From: Elusimicrobiota bacterium
GTDB taxonomy: Bacteria; Elusimicrobiota; Endomicrobiia; Endomicrobiales; JBDRNC01
NCBI GenBank assembly: GCA_043811535.1
Contig: JBDRNC010000029.1
Location: 1-64,000, forward strand
DNA length: 64,000 nt
Direction of reading: 5' to 3'
Position 1 is the first letter of the stretch. Each line of letters opens with the position of its first letter. Below are positions 59,551-64,000 of the stretch, piece by piece. The notes below the pieces were generated by a model. The model was not told the origin of the DNA. It ran no database searches and saw nothing but the letters and a program-made list of their open reading frames with translations. The position numbers and the translations under genes were made by a program.

Positions 59551-61056
59551 CTACTTCCCACTGATATTCTCATCCTTCCACCCTATATCTCTCAGGAAAT
59601 CGTCATATCCGCCGTTATACACGCATATTTTATCGTCGTCAAAGACAATAAGCTTCGTGGCGACGGCGCGCAGATGCATCTCGTTATGCGTTACCATCAC
59701 GACCGAGCCGTCAAAATCGTCCACCGCCTCTATCAGCGAGTCGCACGACTGCATGTCCAGGTGGTTCGTGGGCTCGTCCAGGAACAATAGATGGCAAGGC
59801 GTCACAAGAAGCTTCCCCAGCAAAACCCTGCTTTTCTCGCCTCCCGACAAAACCTTAATCGTCTTGAGCGCGTTGTCCTGCGGGAACATCAGCCCGCCCG
59901 CGATATTGCGCGCGGTATTTACGGAACACTTCTTATCGGCGCTCATTATCTCCTCAAGCACGCTCCTGTCGTCGTCCATATCCATCTTGTTCGTCTGGCC
60001 GAAATATCCGTCCTTCAGCGCCGGATGCCTTTTAATATGGCCGCGCAACGGTTTCAACTGGTGGGCAAGCAGTTTTATAAGGGTGGATTTACCCTTGCCG
60101 TTCTTTCCGACGATGCAGATCCTGTCCCTCTTGCCGATTTCTATGGAGAAGTTGTCTATCAGGTAAGGTTTAGAGCTGTTGTATGAAAACGAGATATCCG
60201 CCGCCGCCATCATCTTATCGCCGACGAAGTGCGCGCTGTTAAAATACATGTCAAGGTCCTGTATGCTGCCGAGTTCCTTCATCTCGCTCTGTTTCTCCAG
60301 CATCTTGACGCGCGACTGGGCGCGGCTCGCGAAACTGGCCTTCGCCTTGAACCTCGCGATGAAAAGCTCCGTCTGCCTGCGCTTTTTCGCTTCGTTCAGC
60401 CGGGTCTTCTCGTATATCTCCTCTTCCTTGTTGATCTGGTCGTACAGTTTTTCCGTGTTGCCTTCAACCTTGCGCGCGATAAAGCGGTGTATGGCGACCG
60501 TGTGCGTCGCGACGCTGTCCATGAAACTCCTGTCATGGGTGATGAGAATAAACTCGCCCTGCCATTCCCGCAGGAATTCTTCCAGCCAGCGGATGGCCAC
60601 GATATCAAGGTAGTTGGTCGGCTCGTCCAGCAGGAGCATGTCCGGGCGCGAAGCGAGCAGTTTGGCCAAATTCAGGCGGATCTGGAAGCCGCCGGAAAAT
60701 TCCGACGGATCGCGGTGCATGTCCTCTTCGGAAAACCCCAGGCCGAAAAGAATCTTTTCCACTTTCCAGGCGTCGTATTCCTCTTCGGGCGGCAGGCCCA
60801 GGCATCCTTCTTCCAGAACCGTCGGCTTGGTGAAATGAATATGCTGTTCCATGTAGCCGATGCGGTAGTTCTTGGGCATCGTGATGTTTCCGGAGTCCGG
60901 CTCGATGCTGCCCAGTATCATCTGGAACAGCATTGACTTGCCGTGGCCGTTCCTTCCCACGAGCCCTATCTTCTCGCCGCGGTTGACGTTGAAGCTCAGG
61001 TCCTCAAAAAGAACCTGCTCCCCGAAAGATTTGTTAACTTCGTAGAATTTAATCAT
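59551..61056 (-). CDS. ABC-F family ATPase
   Basis: Two ABC domains ([16 protein letters not shown], LDEPTNxLD twice), no TM. Confidence 0.92.
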   Translation of the reverse strand: MIKFYEVNKSFGEQVLFEDLSFNVNRGEKIGLVGRNGHGKSMLFQMILGSIEPDSGNITMPKNYRIGYMEQHIHFTKPTVLEEGCLGLPPEEEYDAWKVEKILFGLGFSEEDMHRDPSEFSGGFQIRLNLAKLLASRPDMLLLDEPTNYLDIVAIRWLEEFLREWQGEFILITHDRSFMDSVATHTVAIHRFIARKVEGNTEKLYDQINKEEEIYEKTRLNEAKKRRQTELFIARFKAKASFASRAQSRVKMLEKQSEMKELGSIQDLDMYFNSAHFVGDKMMAAADISFSYNSSKPYLIDNFSIEIGKRDRICIVGKNGKGKSTLIKLLAHQLKPLRGHIKRHPALKDGYFGQTNKMDMDDDRSVLEEIMSADKKCSVNTARNIAGGLMFPQDNALKTIKVLSGGEKSRVLLGKLLVTPCHLLFLDEPTNHLDMQSCDSLIEAVDDFDGSVVMVTHNEMHLRAVATKLIVFDDDKICVYNGGYDDFLRDIGWKDENISGK

Positions 61057-61184
61057 TGTTTTCCTATAATTCTCTCCCTTTCACAAAGGGAGATTAAGAG
61101 GGATTTATCAAAAAGTATATTGGGGGATTTACAAATCTCCCCTGACCCCTCTTTCTTAAAGAGGGGGAATAATATGTAGTGTCG

Positions 61185-61415
61185 TTAATAATTGAAAATG
61201 TCTTTGACCGTAAAATTATTGCCCGGCTTTGCCTTATTAAGGGCTCGCAGTATCTTTATCTGCGCGTTAAGCGTCAGCCGCCTGCCCTTGCGCCCCTTGT
61301 TAACCATCTTATGGGTCAATTGTTCGGTTGAGGCGAGCGTGAGCTCGTCGTTTGATATCCCGAGCCGCGCCATGATGCCGTCCAGCGGCTGAACCCCCAG
61401 TTCCATGTTGTCCAT
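61185..61415 (-). CDS. Small hypothetical protein, possibly DNA-binding
   Basis: GVQPLD.IM...STEQLTHKMV.KGRKGRRLT. Confidence 0.65.
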   Translation of the reverse strand: MDNMELGVQPLDGIMARLGISNDELTLASTEQLTHKMVNKGRKGRRLTLNAQIKILRALNKAKPGNNFTVKDIFNY

Positions 61416-61556
61416 AATAATGCCGTATCTTGTATCTAATAAAGACATTCCAAGATTTAAAGATTGAAAGATTCCAAGATTAATGATTAACGACTTATAA
61501 TATAATTGCCTTTTACCTTGAACGAGATACGAACGACGAGATACGAGATGCGGTTG

Positions 61557-62135
61557 TTATTTAAGTATTTTTGCCTTGCTAAGCAGTTTTTTGTAGCCGT
61601 CCCTGCCGAGAATATCCGTCAATTCCTTCTTGCAGGAAATATATACCGGAGGAGACTTCCTATTTTTTGAATCCATAAGGCAAGCCAGATTTTTCCATCT
61701 GTAGAATGTTATCCTGTTGCCTATCTGGTCAAACGGGAACAACCAGCAGCCTTCCGGCTTAAACTGATACTTCATTTTACGCTCACTGCAGTATCTCTGG
61801 AGCGCGCAGCCGCCCTTATCGGAATAATTGAGGAACACGCACCTGCCCTTCACTGTCCGCACGCTGTAATGCCTGTGCGCGGAGTCAAAGTCAGACCTCT
61901 TATAAATTGAGGAAGAATGGAACCCTCTTTTCCTGACTACCTTGACGGCTTCCGGGCGCATCATCGGAAAAAGCTCCGGCAGCGCCTTGTTTATCTTTGC
62001 TATCCTGACCTCTCCCATCATGCAGCCGTTGGCGCAGCAGGCATGCCTGCACGCGGCAAGGTCGCACGGGGCGAATTTCCTGGTAAACATCGCTTTAGGT
62101 ATTACAATCCCGTTGATGATGATTTTTTTATTCAT
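61557..62135 (-). CDS. Cys-rich DUF3109/zinc-iron-chelating-like protein
   Basis: CDLAACRHACC, CVFL..GCAL, KPEGCWLFP. Confidence 0.7.
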   Translation of the reverse strand: MNKKIIINGIVIPKAMFTRKFAPCDLAACRHACCANGCMMGEVRIAKINKALPELFPMMRPEAVKVVRKRGFHSSSIYKRSDFDSAHRHYSVRTVKGRCVFLNYSDKGGCALQRYCSERKMKYQFKPEGCWLFPFDQIGNRITFYRWKNLACLMDSKNRKSPPVYISCKKELTDILGRDGYKKLLSKAKILK

Positions 62136-62226
62136 GATTCCTTTAATCTTCCCTCTTTTCAAAAGAGGGAATGAGGGAGATTTTTTATGTTTTCCCGCTA
62201 ACTAAATGCGGGAATGACAGGTATTT

Positions 62227-64000
62227 TCACCGTTGTTTAAATCTTCTATTGTTTGCTTCCGTCTTCCATCTTCCGTCTTCCAGCTTATTTGGCATCTGCG
62301 GCTTATTCGCCGTTGTCAACCCAATCTTTCCTTCAACGGTATCCACGGTTTCCACGATAACTTTTACCTTGTCACCCAGCTTGAGGTTGGTCACGCGCAG
62401 GAAACCCTCCGCCCCCGTATCCCCGCACCGCACGAAAGTGCCGCTGTCTATGACCGATACCACCGTTCCTTCCATCACCGCGCCTATCATCTTCTTGAAA
62501 AGTTCCGCGCGCATGATATCCACTGACTTATGCTCCGCGTCCGCCGCCGCGCGTTCGCGCTCCGAGCAGTGCTCGCCCGCCTCGACAAGCGTGGGCACGC
62601 CGTGCGCCCCGTGGCTCTCTTTCTTCCCGGACAGCAGCGCCTTTATCGCGCGGTGCGCCGTCAGGTCCGGGTACCTTCTTATGGGGGAAGTAAAATGCGC
62701 GTATGCCTTGGCCGCGATGCCGAAATGCCCAAGGGACTCCGGCGAGTACACCGCCTGCATCATGCTTCGCACCATGAGCGAATTTATTACGTCCTCAAGC
62801 GGATGGCCCTGCGCCTGCCTCAGAATATCCTGCAATGCTTTGTGCGTGTTCGCGCCCTGCAGGTGCCCCGCGGTCAAACCCAATCCGCCAAGCTCCTTTG
62901 CCAGCGCCTTGATCTTATCGGGGTCCGGCACATCGTGCCGGCGGTGCAGGAACGGGGCGTGCACGGCCATCAGTTCGGTCGCTATCGCCTCGTTCGCCAG
63001 AAGCATGAATTCCTCAATAAGGCGGTGGCTATGCAGTCTCTGGCGCGTCACAACCCTCAGCGGCTTGCCCCCGGCGTCCAGCTCAACTTTATATTCGGGA
63101 AGATTGAAATCCAGCGCGCCCCTGATAACCCTGCACTTGTACAGCACGCCCGCAAGCGCGCCCATGCGCGTGACGGATTCAGCCGCGGCTTTGGGCACAT
63201 CGGCAACGTGCCCGCCGTCAAGAAGCGTCTGGACCTCTTCGTAAGTGAACCGCCTGCAGGAGCGTATGACGGTATTTGCCATGCGCCGCTTTATAACCCG
63301 GCCATCGGCGTTGATATCCATGAAGACCGAGACCGTAAGCCGCTCCTGAAAAGGCACAAGACTGCAAAGATTGTTTGATAATGAAGGGGGGAGCATCGGC
63401 ACGACGCGGTCGGGCAGGTACACGCTCGTCCCGCGCTCGTAGGCCTCTCTATCAAGGGGGGAACCGGCTTTAACGTAATGCGCGACGTCGGCAATATGCA
63501 CGCCGAGCCGGGTTGTATTTTCGTTCAGGATTTCAAGCGAGACCGCGTCGTCAAAATCCTTGGCGTCGGCCCCGTCTATGGTAACAACCGGAAGATTGAA
63601 CAACTCTTCGCGCCCGCGCCAGTCCGCCGATTCCAATTTATCCGGGAATGTATTGCTCTGAAGAAGGACTTCTTTGGGAAATTTATCGTTTATGCTTTTT
63701 GAGCGCAACAGCATTGTAATGCGCGCGGTCACGTCGTCCGGCCGGCCGAGGATTTCCATCACCATCCCCGCGGCGCCCAATCTTTCCGTTGGCCAGCGCG
63801 TCACCTTGAGTACCGCGAGAGCCCCTTCCTCAGGCGTGATTTTATGCGTGAAACCCAGCACGTCGGTTATGTTCCCGCCGTTTTTCTCGCTGACAACGGC
63901 CCACCCGCGCGAAAACTTCCTGAGCACGCCGGTAATATTTTTATGGGCGCGCTCAAGCACCTGCACAATCTCGCCCGCGAACCGGCCGTCGGCCTCGCGG
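62227..64000 (-). CDS. rnr: Ribonuclease R (5'-truncated by window edge)
   Basis: TIDGADAKDFDDAVS, HIADV, IEEFMLLAN, HFTSPIRRYPD. Confidence 0.92.
   Translation of the reverse strand, partial: READGRFAGEIVQVLERAHKNITGVLRKFSRGWAVVSEKNGGNITDVLGFTHKITPEEGALAVLKVTRWPTERLGAAGMVMEILGRPDDVTARITMLLRSKSINDKFPKEVLLQSNTFPDKLESADWRGREELFNLPVVTIDGADAKDFDDAVSLEILNENTTRLGVHIADVAHYVKAGSPLDREAYERGTSVYLPDRVVPMLPPSLSNNLCSLVPFQERLTVSVFMDINADGRVIKRRMANTVIRSCRRFTYEEVQTLLDGGHVADVPKAAAESVTRMGALAGVLYKCRVIRGALDFNLPEYKVELDAGGKPLRVVTRQRLHSHRLIEEFMLLANEAIATELMAVHAPFLHRRHDVPDPDKIKALAKELGGLGLTAGHLQGANTHKALQDILRQAQGHPLEDVINSLMVRSMMQAVYSPESLGHFGIAAKAYAHFTSPIRRYPDLTAHRAIKALLSGKKESHGAHGVPTLVEAGEHCSERERAAADAEHKSVDIMRAELFKKMIGAVMEGTVVSVIDSGTFVRCGDTGAEGFLRVTNLKLGDKVKVIVETVDTVEGKIGLTTANKPQMPNKLEDGRWKTEANNRRFKQR

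Noticed and set aside
45013..62226. Classical integron cassette array
   Set aside because: No intI and no recurring RYYYAAC...GTTRRRY attC boxes seen; kept only as an analogy

Overview
Gene-dense bacterial chromosome segment with about 45 CDSs. I found no rRNA, tRNA, CRISPR array, integrase or transposase. NfnAB, TrpB2, FeoAB and outer-membrane barrel/T9SS-like cargo genes suggest an anaerobic diderm; Elusimicrobiota is my unverified guess. Layout: (1-9.3 kb) coiled-coil proteins, a multi-FN3-like surface protein with a gliding-motility-type C-terminal domain, and a PorP/SprF/PorV-like barrel fused to LysM; (9.6-11.5 kb) DUF5752 plus treT; (12-22 kb) minus-strand aconitase-proA-nadD-yqeK-LCP-pilT-cNMP/GAF-rsfS-oxidoreductase run; (22.7-26.5 kb) a two-gene operon pairing a PilZ-like/PLP alpha-oxoamine synthase fusion with a 7TM-GAF-HD-GYP protein; then clpB with a CIRCE-like operator, a catalytically degenerate membrane pyrophosphatase paralog, cysE, ZIP and CDF transporters, nfnAB, trpB2, an HNH nuclease and fur-feoA-feoB with a Fur box; (45-64 kb) a long, mostly minus-strand array of unrelated genes ending in rnr. 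Best candidates for an undescribed system: (a) the synthase plus receptor/phosphodiesterase operon, which looks like a self-contained signal-synthesis and c-di-GMP feedback circuit with an RBS-sequestering leader; (b) a pervasive repeat system of inverted 7-9-nt tandem arrays and nested palindromes that fills most intergenic junctions, enters coding sequences in frame, supplies gene ends, and brackets genes as direct repeats. All calls come from reading the sequence; no searches or folding programs were run.
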